Shown piece after piece: positions 1 through 10,244 of a stretch of 64,000 nt of DNA. A program made the translations under genes and the position numbers. The notes beneath the pieces are model-generated. The model did no database searches. It saw nothing but the letters and a program-made list of their open reading frames with translations, and was not told the origin of the DNA. Position 1 is the stretch's first letter, and each line of letters begins with the position of its first letter. Origin of the DNA: Bdellovibrionales bacterium (GTDB lineage: Bacteria > Bdellovibrionota > Bdellovibrionia > Bdellovibrionales > UBA1609); contig CBDCMT010000001.1 in assembly GCA_965219095.1 (NCBI GenBank), forward strand, positions 896,001-960,000, given 5' to 3'.

Positions 1-644
1 AAAACATTTGCTGTACCCTCTCTTTTATACTCATAATCTACTTTTTTTACTTCCGAGGGACGACAACCCGATGGAGGACGAACATCATCAAGTAACTGAA
101 GAGGCTTTTCATCAATACACACAACAGGCTTTCCTTTAATCGGAGGCTTCTCATACACTTTCAAAACATCCTCCATCCTCTCTATAAATTCATCATTAAG
201 CTCTGGTACACACCAACTCTTCTGTTGCCAAGGTTTTAGATCATGTTCTAAAAGAATAATCCTAACTTTTTCTTTGCTAATAGAGTCTACAATCTTGTTT
301 TTTTCTGCCCTCTCTTTAATGAGCTCTAAAGTCCATCGATCAAAGCCCTCCGGAGGATCTGAGCAGACCATAGCTATAATCTTTGACTTTATGCGATCAT
401 CAAACTTTGGAGGTTTTCCAGGACGAGGATCATCTTCAAGAGCTTTTTTCAGCCCAGAATTCTCATAGTTTTTTTGGATGTTGAAAACAGTTCTAGGAGT
501 TATCTCTAAGTAATCTGACGCCTCTACGGCAGTTAAACCTTTGTTCCTTAAGTTTAGAACATTGGCTCGATATATGGCTCTTGGATTTTTAGACTTCTTT
601 ATAATTTTAAGAATTTCTCTCTTATCTTTTGGCTTTAATAAATT

Positions 645-2168
645 GGCTCCTCCCGGGAATCTGTGGGTGAAAAGTAGCTAGAAATCCCCCAAAAAGGCTC
701 ATATTAATCAAAGCAAGAGTAAGACATTCTATCTTGTATTTTTGAGTTCTTTGAGGCCCTTACTGGCCTCTATCACCTCCGGTGATTGAACTCAAAAACA
801 TTCATTTTATTTGCTTTTATTTGCTGTGTTACATTAAAATTTTAAAAAAGAAGCACCTACTTCCCAGATGCCTTAAAATGTTATTCAAAAAAAAAAAAAA
901 AAAGGAGGGAAGAGATGCTTTTGAAGACTATACTAAATGATTGTTTAAGATGGAAGTCTTTTGTATACGGAGACATTTATTTTTCAAAAGATAGAAAGTC
1001 AATTAATGTTCCTATTAAGGCTCGTAAAAATGGCCAAGCTTTTTGTAGTGTTTGTAAGAAGCCCTGTTCAGTGTATGACAGCAGTAAATCATCACGGGAC
1101 TTTGAATCCCTTCCTATTTTAAGTTACAGGGTGTTTTTTGTTTATTTTGTAAGAAGAGTTAATTGTCCTTGCTGTGGGGTAAAAGTTGAGTATTTACCTT
1201 GGGCCGATGGTAAGAAGAGTTTAACGATCTTTTACATGAAGTATTTAGCAGACTGGTGTCGTCACCTGTCTTGGAAAGAGGTTTCTTGTAAGTTTCATGT
1301 CAGTTGGAATCAGGTCTATGCTTCGGTAGAATGGGTCGTAGAATATGGTTTAAAACAAAGGGTTTTAAAGGGAATACAAGCTATAGGTGTAGATGAAATA
1401 CAATGGAAAAAGAACCATCAGTATCTCACCTTAGTCTATGAAATAAGCAAAGAAAGTGTTCGTTTGCTATGGATAGGAGAAAAAAGAACAGAAAAGAGTT
1501 TTAGAAAATTCTTTGATTTACTAGGAGAGAAGTCAAAAGATATACAGTTTGTGTGTTCTGATATGTGGAAGCCTTATTTAAAAGTCATAAAGGAGAGGGC
1601 AAGTGGAGCTTTACACATATTAGATCGGTTTCATATCGTAGCAAGACTCAATAAGGCTTTAGACGAAGTGAGAGCTTCAGAACACAAAAAAATGAAAGAA
1701 GACGGGTATGAACCCCTTTTAACAAAAGCTAGATGGCCCTTGTTAAAAAATGCAGAAAATTTAAAATCTTATGAGAAAGTAAAATTAAGGCATTTAATAC
1801 AGTACAATTTAAAAAGTATCCGCTGTTATTTTTTAAAAGAAGACTTCCGACAGTTATGGACCTATGTTTCACCAACTTGGGCTGGTAAATTTATAGACAG
1901 TTGGACGAGACGAGTCATGCTTTCAAAAATTGAACCTATGAAAAGAGAAGCAAAAACCATACGAAGACATAAGCTACTTATTCTTAATTACTTCAAGGCT
2001 AAAAAAGCCTTCTCCTCAGGGATTGTAGAGGGTTTAAACAACAAAGTAAAACTCACTATGAGAAAATCTTACGGCTTTAGAACCTCTAAAGCTATAAAAA
2101 TCGCCTTATATCATAACCTTGGAAAACTGCCAGAACCTCCGGGAACCCACAGATTCTTTTGAGGAGGC
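645..2168 (+). mobile_element. Complete ISL3-family insertion sequence with 8-bp target duplication
   Basis: Imperfect IRs GGCTCCTCCCGGGAATCTGTGGGT / rc GCCTCCTCAAAAGAATCTGTGGGT; AATAAATT duplicated at 637-644 and 2169-2176; empty site visible in IS630 copy 2 near 22814. Confidence 0.95.
915..2162 (+). CDS. ISL3-family transposase
   Basis: 415 aa; CxxC zinc-finger motifs, IGVDE, CSDMWKPY, LDRFHIV, VEGLNNKVK and R.SYGFR motifs. Confidence 0.95.
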   Translation: MLLKTILNDCLRWKSFVYGDIYFSKDRKSINVPIKARKNGQAFCSVCKKPCSVYDSSKSSRDFESLPILSYRVFFVYFVRRVNCPCCGVKVEYLPWADGKKSLTIFYMKYLADWCRHLSWKEVSCKFHVSWNQVYASVEWVVEYGLKQRVLKGIQAIGVDEIQWKKNHQYLTLVYEISKESVRLLWIGEKRTEKSFRKFFDLLGEKSKDIQFVCSDMWKPYLKVIKERASGALHILDRFHIVARLNKALDEVRASEHKKMKEDGYEPLLTKARWPLLKNAENLKSYEKVKLRHLIQYNLKSIRCYFLKEDFRQLWTYVSPTWAGKFIDSWTRRVMLSKIEPMKREAKTIRRHKLLILNYFKAKKAFSSGIVEGLNNKVKLTMRKSYGFRTSKAIKIALYHNLGKLPEPPGTHRFF

Positions 2169-2270
2169 AATAAATTTAACATATGAGTATTAAAACATAA
2201 AAAATAAATAAATAAAATGACCTGGATTAAAGGCTTGAAAATTGTGAAAAAAATTACTGGTCAGAACACT

Positions 2271-2561
2271 AGTTGGAAAGTGGTTTGGGCTATCTTATCA
2301 GTTATTTTAAAGTCTCTTGCATGAGGTGATGCTTTTGCTATGGAGGGGAACTATTTAACCCTTGTGGTGATGAATTTTGTTATTGCTCTTTGTATGTTAG
2401 GAACACCTTTGGTTGTAAAAAGTTTAGTTTCTTCTGGATTATCAAGTTTTAGCAGTTCTTTAGTTCCTGTAGTAGGTATGACAATAGCCTCTGTTTACTC
2501 AAAAAGTGCTAGGATAGCCAAGTTAACAAAAAGAAATAAAGAAAAAGATGAAGTTTTTTAG
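2271..2561 (+). pseudogene. C-terminal remnant of a membrane protein, possibly VirB6/TrbL-like conjugation protein
   Basis: Hydrophobic ORF 2340..2561 extends upstream in frame through a premature TGA to the IS630 end; lies immediately before a VirB8-like gene. Confidence 0.4.
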
Positions 2562-3150
2562 GAAAGGAGTTTATATTATGAATTATAAAAAATATTTTGA
2601 GATATGGGCTGATGAACAGGCTCAAAACGTTTTTTTAAAAGGTTTACTCGGTTTTATGTTTTTCATAAATGCAGTTCTTTTAATTTCTGTCGTGATTTTA
2701 GCCACAAACGATCCCTTTATTATCTCTATAAGTGACACTGAATCTAAAATAGCTCATGTTTCAAAAGAAGAGACTCAAGAGCAAATTAAAAAAGAGTTAG
2801 AAAGGGCTATTGAAAGGTTTGTGAAATACAGACATAACTGGGATAGCGATTCAATACAAGAGAAATTAGAAGAATCCTCTCAATTTATAGCCTCTCATTT
2901 TAGAAAGAAGTTCCTAAGAGCTAATCAAGGACAATTAAAAGAAGCTAAAAAGAAGAAAATTAAACAAAGGTTTTATTTATCTTCTGATATAGTGTTTGAT
3001 TTGGAAAACAAAAAAGCTCAAATTACAGGAGATAGGATTCTTATTGTTGATGGGTTTCGTGCTACACAACCTATGAGTTTTAGGTTGGGTTATGAATTTT
3101 CTAAGAGGACGGTTTTAAATCCAGAAGGGGTCTATAGTGCTTCCGTTTAG
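2548..3150 (+). CDS. VirB8/TrbF-like type IV secretion protein, extreme C-terminus cut by IS630
   Basis: Single N-terminal TM helix, C-terminal RTVLNPEGVY resembling the VirB8 R..NP.G motif; IS begins at 3135. Confidence 0.55.
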   Translation: MKFFRKGVYIMNYKKYFEIWADEQAQNVFLKGLLGFMFFINAVLLISVVILATNDPFIISISDTESKIAHVSKEETQEQIKKELERAIERFVKYRHNWDSDSIQEKLEESSQFIASHFRKKFLRANQGQLKEAKKKKIKQRFYLSSDIVFDLENKKAQITGDRILIVDGFRATQPMSFRLGYEFSKRTVLNPEGVYSASV

Positions 3151-4271
3151 GTTTTCAGGTTCCTAAGATGGAGAAGTTATCAGTTATCAAAGTTTCTAAT
3201 TTAGGCCTGTGGTTTCGTATTCCTCTAAAAAATTGACTTAAACTTCCCTTGAAATCGTCATAGTTTTCATAATATCGATTCGCCGTGACCTCTTTTTTCA
3301 TAAACTTCCAAAGCCTTTCTATAGGATTTAAATTCGGTGAGTACGGAGGAAGTAAACAAGTTTTATATTCAACTCTTTCGCTAACTTCTTGACAGACTTC
3401 GATCTATTGTATCCGGCCCCATCTAAGATAAGATGAATCTCTTTTTCATCGGAATACTTCTTAATGAATATGATAGAGCATATCACATAGAAAAACTTTG
3501 TTAACTGTCTTATAACTCCTGACTACCGTCTTCAAACTATTGATCTCAATAGCTCCACAAACATTCACTCTTTTTCTCCAGCCTGAATTGGTCTTCACTT
3601 CAAACTTCTTACCCTCTCTTATCCAACCATATAAAATCGTAAGGCCCCACTCAGGATGTGTGGAATCAGCAAAGTAAACAGAACCGTCTTTCTTCTTAAT
3701 TCTCTTGTATTTACGCACAAACTTTTTCTGCTCTTCTTTCTTTGCCTTACCCGGTATCGCTGTGGCTTTTTTATAAGAAAAACCAAGGCGATGGAGAAGA
3801 TCAATTACACCACTTGTTAAAGTACGTAACACCAAAATTCTCCTCAATGAACTGAATAAGGGCCTGTGATGATGGAAAAATTCTTTTCTCTAATTCCTTT
3901 AAAAGCATTTTCTACTCTTTCTGAGTTAAAAAAGACCTTTTAGAATTGTAATTGTCGTTGATTAAACATTCTATCCCGCCTTTGTTATAACGATCTCTAC
4001 AGGCTCTTATCGTGCCTTCATCAATGAAAAGAAAACGGGAAATATCTTTACACAACTCACCTTTATCTAAATGGAGGATTGTCATAATGCTTTTTGCGTA
4101 TTTAAGATTTTTCTCTAGAGATAGTTCATAGAGTAAATCTTCTCGCTCTTTTTTTGATAGAAACCCTGACATATGAAGCTATTTTTAAAAACAAATGACT
4201 TTTTATCAAGATCTTAGAATAAAAACTAGACCTCAACTCAAAAAAAACGGAAAACTTAAACGGAAGCACTA
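3135..4271 (-). mobile_element. IS630-family element (second type), frameshifted transposase
   Basis: IRs TAGTGCTTCCGTTTA(G/A)GTTTTC at both ends flanked by TA; fragments 3912..4172 (HTH), 3461..3847 (LGFSYKK, FADSTHP) and a PPYSPNLNPIERLW segment near 3310-3350. Confidence 0.9.
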
Positions 4272-4303
4272 TATAACCGACTTACTTAAAATAGAACTTA
4301 AGT

Positions 4304-5295
4304 ATGAGGTTTTTGATTCTTTTTTTTCTTATCTTTCTTCCCATCCTCTTAGAGGCTTGTGATGAAGAAAATCCCTTCTCAAAACTTAACTCCATAGCAA
4401 CTCTTTTTTGCCCTCACCCACCTTGTCATTTTTTTAAGGCCCTTGTTGATGAAACCATCAGAAATGCAACTGTAAGAGTAGAAACAACAGTCATTTGTTC
4501 AGGACTTGTTATAAGACTTAAAAGAGGAGCAAAAAAATGTAAAGACCCTCTTCTTCTTACAGCAGGTCATTGTGTAGCACCTAGTAAAGATTATAAAGTT
4601 ATTACGGTTTATAATCATAACGGTGATTTTGATATTCCAAGAAAGAATATCTTTTCTCTTTAAAAAAAATGTCTTAAACCTCACAACTGTCTTGTAAGTC
4701 CTGGTTATGTTCTGGATGATGAACTTCATTATTCAGGAGTGGATCAAGCCCTGATTCCTATGCCTAAACGATACCGCAAAAAAGGCAATATCCCTGCTTT
4801 TGAGATCGATATAGAAAGGGTAGCAAACAAAGAAGACTTAGATTCCTGCTTTAAAGACCCCTATCTTCAAGCAAGAATTACTTCAGTTTTAACAGAATCT
4901 CATTTAAAAAAGATGAAAAAAAATGAACTAAAAGCTATAAAAGATTACATACAAAGCCATACTTGCCACAATCTTAGTTGGATGAAAATACGAAGAAATG
5001 AAGGAGTGATCAAAAGGAGCCTAGGCCATAGATGTCCTGGTTTATATGGCATGTCGGGGTCTTTTATGAATTTTGAGTGTCATAACAAGAAAGCTCTTTT
5101 TGTTCATAAGGGACATCTCTTCATAGCTGCTAGTGATGAAGTTTACAACAGAGCAAAGGCAGGTGAGATCATTTACTCTTCTGAATATGAAAGAAAGGAA
5201 TCTTTTAAAAACACAGCCATTTATATTGAACCTGAGCTTCTTGAATTTTATTTTAACAACTACTGTGATTCTAATGTGGCTTATCAAAAAGAAAA
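4304..5295 (+). pseudogene. Trypsin-like (S1) serine protease lipoprotein paralog with internal stop, 3' end cut by mini-ISL3
   Basis: Close paralog of 42507..43529; TAA at 4661-4663 where the paralog has CAA; TAGHC and GMSGS motifs. Confidence 0.85.
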
Positions 5296-5333
5296 GGCTC
5301 CTCCCGGGAACCCACAGATTCTTTTGAGGAGGC
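5296..5333 (+). mobile_element. 38-bp mini-ISL3 (left end fused to right end)
   Basis: GGCTCCTCCCGGGAA + CCCACAGATTCTTTTGAGGAGGC, joined at the shared CCGGGAA. Confidence 0.85.
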
Positions 5334-5541
5334 AAAAAATATTGACCTATGAATTTTCAAAGTCTTATACAGACATTTAAAAAATACCAGTCATAAGATT
5401 TTAAACGCTTTGGGAAGATGTTAGGAAATAAAATGAGAAAAAGAAGAAAAGTTTCCTCAGTAGAAGTCAAGGGCTGTTAAGAAACCGACTTACAATAAAG
5501 CTGGGGTAGAAAAAGGAGGGAAAATCTTTACTCTTGCCTCT

Positions 5542-6468
5542 GTGTATACTCTTTTAACCAATAGAGCCTATATTGGAGAACGTGAAATCAATAAGAAGAA
5601 AAAAGAGATAAAAAGGGAAGTGGTAAAAGCTGTATGGAAGCCTATTCTTTCAAAATCTATTTTTAACAAAGCTCAGGGGATACTAAAAGCAAATAAAAAT
5701 CGCTATAAGCCCGATGAGTGGAAAATCTATCCCTACCCCTTAACGAACAAGATTCAGTGCGGAGAGTGTGGCAAACTTATGGGAGGAAAGTCAGCTACAG
5801 GAAGAAATAAAAAGCATTACTATTACTCTCACACCAAAGGAAACAGTCTTTTTACAGAGACAGGAAAAAAATGTCGTCTCCATAGAATCCGAGCAGAGAG
5901 AACAGAAGATATTATCTTAAATGTTATTCAAGAGAAGATAACAAAACCACAAATTATCAATCAAATGATCAAAGACTATGAACAATCCAGCGCTAAGGAA
6001 GCTCCCAAAGTACAAGGCCAGCTCTTAAGTGTAGAAAAAGAAATAAAATCTTTAGTCAGGAAGCTAGAAAATCTTTCCATAAGGCTTTCTGAAATCCCTC
6101 ATGACATTCCAGCAGAACCCATTTATGAGCAAATGAGAAGAATCAAAGAAAAACGAGAAAAACTTATGGAAAGTGAGTTATTTCTAAGAGAGGAGCTTTT
6201 AAAAAGAAGCCACTTAGAAGTAGATCAAGAAAGGCTTATAGAAAATCTCAAAGTAACTACTGAAAATCTAAGAAAAACTCCCAAAGAAAAGCATAAAGAA
6301 ATCTATGATAATGTGATTGATTTTATAGAGGTTCACCCTCAAAAGGTACACTTGGGGCTTTATGCCCCAGCAAAACCAGTCTCATTAAGTTGTGTGGGTT
6401 CGACTAGTGTCTTACTTGGTGCCCATGAAGGGATTCGAACCCCCATACCTTGCGGTACTAGATCCTAA
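5542..6468 (+). pseudogene. Large serine recombinase, N-terminally truncated (recombinase domain end, zinc ribbon, coiled coil)
   Basis: LTNRAYIG, CGECGKLMGG...YYY..C motifs and coiled coil; resolvase catalytic domain absent; reads into tRNA-Leu antisense. Confidence 0.8.
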
Positions 6469-6501
6469 GTCTAGCGTGTCTGCCAGTTCCACCACATGGG
6501 C
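6417..6501 (-). tRNA. tRNA-Leu(UAG)
   Basis: rc GCCCATGTGGTGGAACTGGCAGACACG CTAGA-CTTAGGA-TCTAG, long variable arm, GGTTCGAATCC...CATGGGCACCA. Confidence 0.97.
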
Positions 6502-6546
6502 TGATAAATTATTTTTTTTCATTTTGCTTTCTAAACTATATATTTT

Positions 6547-6942
6547 TCATTTACTTTCTCGTGTAATTAAATTTTTATAATCAGAAAACCTTAATAGTTG
6601 TGCTAATTCTTTTTCTGTGTCCATTTCAATTTTTATAAGCCAGCCTTTTTCCATAGGGTCATCATTTAACACTCCTGGATCATCTAAAAGTTGCGTGTTT
6701 ACTTCTACAACAGTTCCTGAAACAGGAGCATACAAATCACTCACAGCTTTTACACTTTCCACTACACCAAAAACATCACTTTGAGTAACTTTCTGCCCTT
6801 CTTCAGGCAAATCCACATAGACAATCTCTCCAAGGGCATTTTGAGCATATTCTGTGATTCCAACTGTCACTAAATTTTCATCCACATGAGCCCACTCATG
6901 ATTTTTTGTATAATAGTTTATTTCAGGTATTTGAAAGTTCAT
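6547..6942 (-). CDS. gcvH: Glycine cleavage system H protein
   Basis: HEW, GITEYAQ, VESVKAVSDLYAPVSG lipoyl motif. Confidence 0.97.
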   Translation of the reverse strand: MNFQIPEINYYTKNHEWAHVDENLVTVGITEYAQNALGEIVYVDLPEEGQKVTQSDVFGVVESVKAVSDLYAPVSGTVVEVNTQLLDDPGVLNDDPMEKGWLIKIEMDTEKELAQLLRFSDYKNLITRESK

Positions 6943-8015
6943 GTTTTTTCCTCCTTTGATGGTCTTTTTATAAAAGGTGTATTTACAATTTTTGCTCTAT
7001 AAGCTTTTTTTCTTATTATAACGTCTAAAAGTTCTCCTTTTTTTGCATACTCTTTTTTTACATAACCTATACCAATTGAAGCTTTCAAAAGAGGTGAATA
7101 GGTACCACTAGTTACCCATCCTAAGGGTTTTTTGTCAAATGAAATTAATTCGTAGCCTGCCCTTGCTATAATGGAATTTTCCATAACAAAACCAATTAAC
7201 CTATTATTATAATTAGATTTTTTAAGATTTCGAGAGCCTAAAAATTCCTTTTCATTGTGTTTTATAGCCCAAAAAAGACCTGCTTCTAAGGGGTTTATTT
7301 TTTCTGTCAGTTCTTGCCCATAGAGAGGGTAGTTCATTTCTATACGAAGACTGTCTCTTGCAGCTAAGCCTATAGGGGGTACTTTTTTTTCTAAGATTTT
7401 TCTCCATAAAAAGGGGGCTTTTTTAGGTGAGAGAAAGATTTCAAAACCCTTTTCTCCTGTATAGCCTGTGGAAGCGATCATAAGATCTTCATGAAACATA
7501 AAACAAAAACGAGGTAAATCTCTAAAATCTTTAAAAATTTGCTTTAAAACCTCAAAACTTCTAGGCCCTTGTAAGGCAAGTTGGGCCCACTTGTGGCTTT
7601 CATTAGTAATTTTAACTTCAAATGAGTTATTTTGATTAAGCCATTGAAAGTCTTTTTCAATATTAATGGCATTGGTACACAAAAGATAATCTTTTTTTTC
7701 TTTCAAGCAGTAAACTATAATATCATCTATTACACCTGCTTTTTCGTTGAGAAGAAGGCTGTATTGGCTTTTGTGTTTTTCTAATTTTCCCACTTGGTTT
7801 GTAGTAAGCCACTCTAAAAAATCTAAAGCCTTGTCTCCTTGAACTCTAATCTCTCCCATATGAGACACATCAAAAACGCCAACATCTGTTCTTACTTTCA
7901 TATGCTCTTGTTTTTGGCTTGTAAAATATAAAGGTAGCTTCCAGCCAGAAAAGTTGAAGATAAAACTTTTATTCTTATATTCATGGTAAAGAGGAGTAGT
8001 TTGTTCTTTATCCAT
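6939..8015 (-). CDS. gcvT: Glycine cleavage system aminomethyltransferase T
   Basis: FDVSHMGE, TGYTGEKGFE, GLAARDSLRIE motifs. Confidence 0.97.
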   Translation of the reverse strand: MDKEQTTPLYHEYKNKSFIFNFSGWKLPLYFTSQKQEHMKVRTDVGVFDVSHMGEIRVQGDKALDFLEWLTTNQVGKLEKHKSQYSLLLNEKAGVIDDIIVYCLKEKKDYLLCTNAINIEKDFQWLNQNNSFEVKITNESHKWAQLALQGPRSFEVLKQIFKDFRDLPRFCFMFHEDLMIASTGYTGEKGFEIFLSPKKAPFLWRKILEKKVPPIGLAARDSLRIEMNYPLYGQELTEKINPLEAGLFWAIKHNEKEFLGSRNLKKSNYNNRLIGFVMENSIIARAGYELISFDKKPLGWVTSGTYSPLLKASIGIGYVKKEYAKKGELLDVIIRKKAYRAKIVNTPFIKRPSKEEKT

Positions 8016-8847
8016 TTTTTTTATAAAGCTCTACTGTATTTTCTAACAGTTGATAAATAGTCATAGGTCCTACACCTCCTGGAACAGGAGTAAAAGCTTT
8101 CACCTTTAAACCTTCACAATCAACATCACCGCATAGCTTTCTTTTACCGTTTTTTCTTCCTAAATCATGAATTCCTACATCAATCACTGTAGCATCAGAT
8201 TTGAAGTAGGTTTTATCAAGAAATTTTTTCTTTCCCACAGCTACAACAACAATATCTGCACTTAAGGTCTCTTTTTTTATATCTTGCGTTTGAGAATGGC
8301 AGATGGTCACAGTAGCTCCTTCGTTTAAAAGGAGTGCAACCATAGGCTTTCCTACAATAGCACTACGACCTAAAACCACAGCCTTTTTTGTTTTTATGGG
8401 GATTTTATAATGAAGAAGTAATTTAAAAATTCCGTAAGGAGTACAGGGTCTTATTCCTGGTTGGTTGAGCCATAAACGAGCTTGGTTTATTAAAGTTAAA
8501 CCATCTACATCTTTTGAAGGTGAAAGGTGATTAAGAATGTTTTGACTATCAAGGTGAGAAGGTAGGGGCAGTTGTAATAAAAGACTATGAATTTGAGGGT
8601 TTCGATTGCATTTATGAATTACTTCTATAAGCTGATCTTGGTTTATCTGAGAATCAAGCTTGATAAGATAGCTTTTAATTCCTGTTTTTTCGCAAGATTT
8701 TATTTTATGATCCACGTAGATCTTGCTGGCAGGATCGTTTCCTACAAGAATAACAGCTAGCTTAGGAGGTGAGGGAAGAGAGGAAATCTCTTGACAAAGA
8801 AATTCTAGTTTCTGAGAACACACTAATTGGCCGTCTATTTTTATCAT
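8008..8847 (-). CDS. folD: Methylenetetrahydrofolate dehydrogenase/cyclohydrolase
   Basis: LQLPLP, KDVDG, PCTP, GRS.IVGKP, TPVPGGVGPMT. Confidence 0.97.
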   Translation of the reverse strand: MIKIDGQLVCSQKLEFLCQEISSLPSPPKLAVILVGNDPASKIYVDHKIKSCEKTGIKSYLIKLDSQINQDQLIEVIHKCNRNPQIHSLLLQLPLPSHLDSQNILNHLSPSKDVDGLTLINQARLWLNQPGIRPCTPYGIFKLLLHYKIPIKTKKAVVLGRSAIVGKPMVALLLNEGATVTICHSQTQDIKKETLSADIVVVAVGKKKFLDKTYFKSDATVIDVGIHDLGRKNGKRKLCGDVDCEGLKVKAFTPVPGGVGPMTIYQLLENTVELYKKNG

Positions 8848-8996
8848 TTCTGAATTTTATCATACTATTTGAAAAAAGCCTTTGTCACTTTTAAGACAAA
8901 AAACTCTCCTCCATTTATCAATGCAATGCGACTATTGATTGGAAACTTTAATTAGATTTTCATTGACTTTTTCTCAAAAAAAATCAAAAAATAAGT

Positions 8997-9554
8997 ATGC
9001 CTTTTAAACAACAAGCAAAGAGTTCTTCAATACAGTCTCCTAAGAAGTTTCGTAAGAATCCTGATGTATCAGCTTTTTATCGCCTGCTCTATGAGTATGA
9101 CTTGCGTACAGAGGCCTTTAGAGTTCTCAATGAAATGCTTTTTGAGAGGTTATTTCCAAAGGGAGTTCCAAAAGCTTTGACTCAAGAAGTTGAGAAAAGT
9201 CAAGAAAAACATATTATTAAAGACTCCGAGAATAAAATGGCAAAAACACCCTCCACATTAGTTAAAAAGAAAGGCAAAAAACAAGCTTCAAAATCTAAAA
9301 AGAAAGCTAAAAAACCTGTTCAAAAAAAGAAGGCTAAGAAAACCTCCAAAAAAACTTCTAAGAAAGCTAAGAAGTCCTCTCAAAGAAAGAAGGTTAGAAA
9401 GAGTGTCAAAAAACCTATCAAGAAAGAAGCTAAAATTCAAAAAAAGAAGGCTAAGAAAACCTCCAAAAAAACTTCTAAGAAAGCTAGGAAGTCCTCTCAA
9501 AGAAAGAAAGTTAAGAAGAGTGTCAAAAAACCTATCAAGAAAGCTAAAAAATAG
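8997..9554 (+). CDS. Protein with histone H1-like Lys/Ala/Ser-rich C-terminal tail
   Basis: Small globular N-terminus followed by about 100 aa of extremely basic low-complexity sequence. Confidence 0.75.
   Translation: MPFKQQAKSSSIQSPKKFRKNPDVSAFYRLLYEYDLRTEAFRVLNEMLFERLFPKGVPKALTQEVEKSQEKHIIKDSENKMAKTPSTLVKKKGKKQASKSKKKAKKPVQKKKAKKTSKKTSKKAKKSSQRKKVRKSVKKPIKKEAKIQKKKAKKTSKKTSKKARKSSQRKKVKKSVKKPIKKAKK
9321..9542 (+). repeat. 117-bp (39-aa) tandem duplication
   Basis: QKKKAKKTSKKTSKKA(K/R)KSSQRKKV(R/K)KSVKKPIKK starts at 9321 and 9438. Confidence 0.9.
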
Positions 9555-9649
9555 GACCTGTCAATCAAATTGTGTAACTGATTTTTTCATTTCAAATTTT
9601 ACCTTATTCTTTAATAATCCTAGAATCAACTTACTGGTCAGAACACTAG
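9554..9649. mobile_element. IS-end scar: IS256-like terminus plus IS630 terminus
   Basis: GGACCTGTCAATCAAATTGTGTAACTGA (rc matches 26791..26821) and TTACTGGTCAGAACACTAG at 9631-9649, identical to the IS630 end. Confidence 0.65.
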
Positions 9650-9710
9650 AGTTTGAAGAGTTTACAGAAAGGAACAGAAAACTCAGAATCTGGTAAGCCA
9701 ATTAAAAGAG

Positions 9711-10244
9711 TCAACAAGATGATGAGAAGTCACTTTTTTGAAATAAAAAATGAAGATTAAGATTTTCTTTTTTTAAAATATCTATAGCTTTAGTGTCTCT
9801 TAAAATAAGACATACTACATCTGTGATTTGAGCTTTATTTTTTCTTAAAGCTTTAGCACTTTTCACCACTTGCCCTCCTGTAGTGATGACATCTTCTATA
9901 ATGCAAATTTTTTTATTTTCAATACAGGCTCCTTCTGCGAGCTTGCAAGTTCCATAACTTTTTGCTTTCTTTCTCACAAAGGAAAGCGGCTTTTTTAATT
10001 TTAAGGAAAGAGCTGTGGCAAGGGGAATTCCTCCAAGAGTAAGTCCTGCTAAAACCTCTATGTGAGAAGGGATAAGAGGAATTAAGGCTTCACTTATTTT
10101 TTCTAAAAGCTCTGGATCGGATTCAATTTGGTATTTGTCAAAATATTCATCACTAAAGGTCCCTGAACGGAGTTTAAAATGCCCTCTCAAATAGGTTTTT
10201 TTATACACAGCTTGTGCTAATTTTTTATGTTCTGATGAATCCAA
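9711..10244 (-). CDS. pyrE: Orotate phosphoribosyltransferase
   Basis: F.LRSG..S..YFDKY, VRKKAK.YGT, IIEDVITTGG. Confidence 0.93.
   Translation of the reverse strand: MDSSEHKKLAQAVYKKTYLRGHFKLRSGTFSDEYFDKYQIESDPELLEKISEALIPLIPSHIEVLAGLTLGGIPLATALSLKLKKPLSFVRKKAKSYGTCKLAEGACIENKKICIIEDVITTGGQVVKSAKALRKNKAQITDVVCLILRDTKAIDILKKENLNLHFLFQKSDFSSSC

Larger units (their letters stand above)
1..2269 (-). mobile_element. IS630-family element (copy 1, runs off window start), transposase interrupted near its start codon by ISL3
   Basis: 1..644 and 2169..2269 are near-identical to the copy at 22178..22917; end ...TTACTGGTCAGAACAC followed by TA at 2270-2271; transposase ATG at 2182. Confidence 0.9.

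Noticed and set aside
4304..5295. Diversity-generating retroelement TR/VR pair with 42507..43529
   Set aside because: Mismatches in the block compared involve all four bases, not only adenines, and there is no reverse transcriptase in the window
4739..5380. Independent 213-aa gene
   Set aside because: It is the post-stop half of the protease pseudogene reading through the mini-ISL3
6392..6580. Short ORF overlapping tRNA-Leu (likewise 19295..19540 over tRNA-Cys)
   Set aside because: Shadow ORFs over tRNA genes
9288..9696. ORFs 9288..9500 and 9403..9696, and 58257..58557 over the VNTR
   Set aside because: Alternative frames kept open by low-complexity repeats
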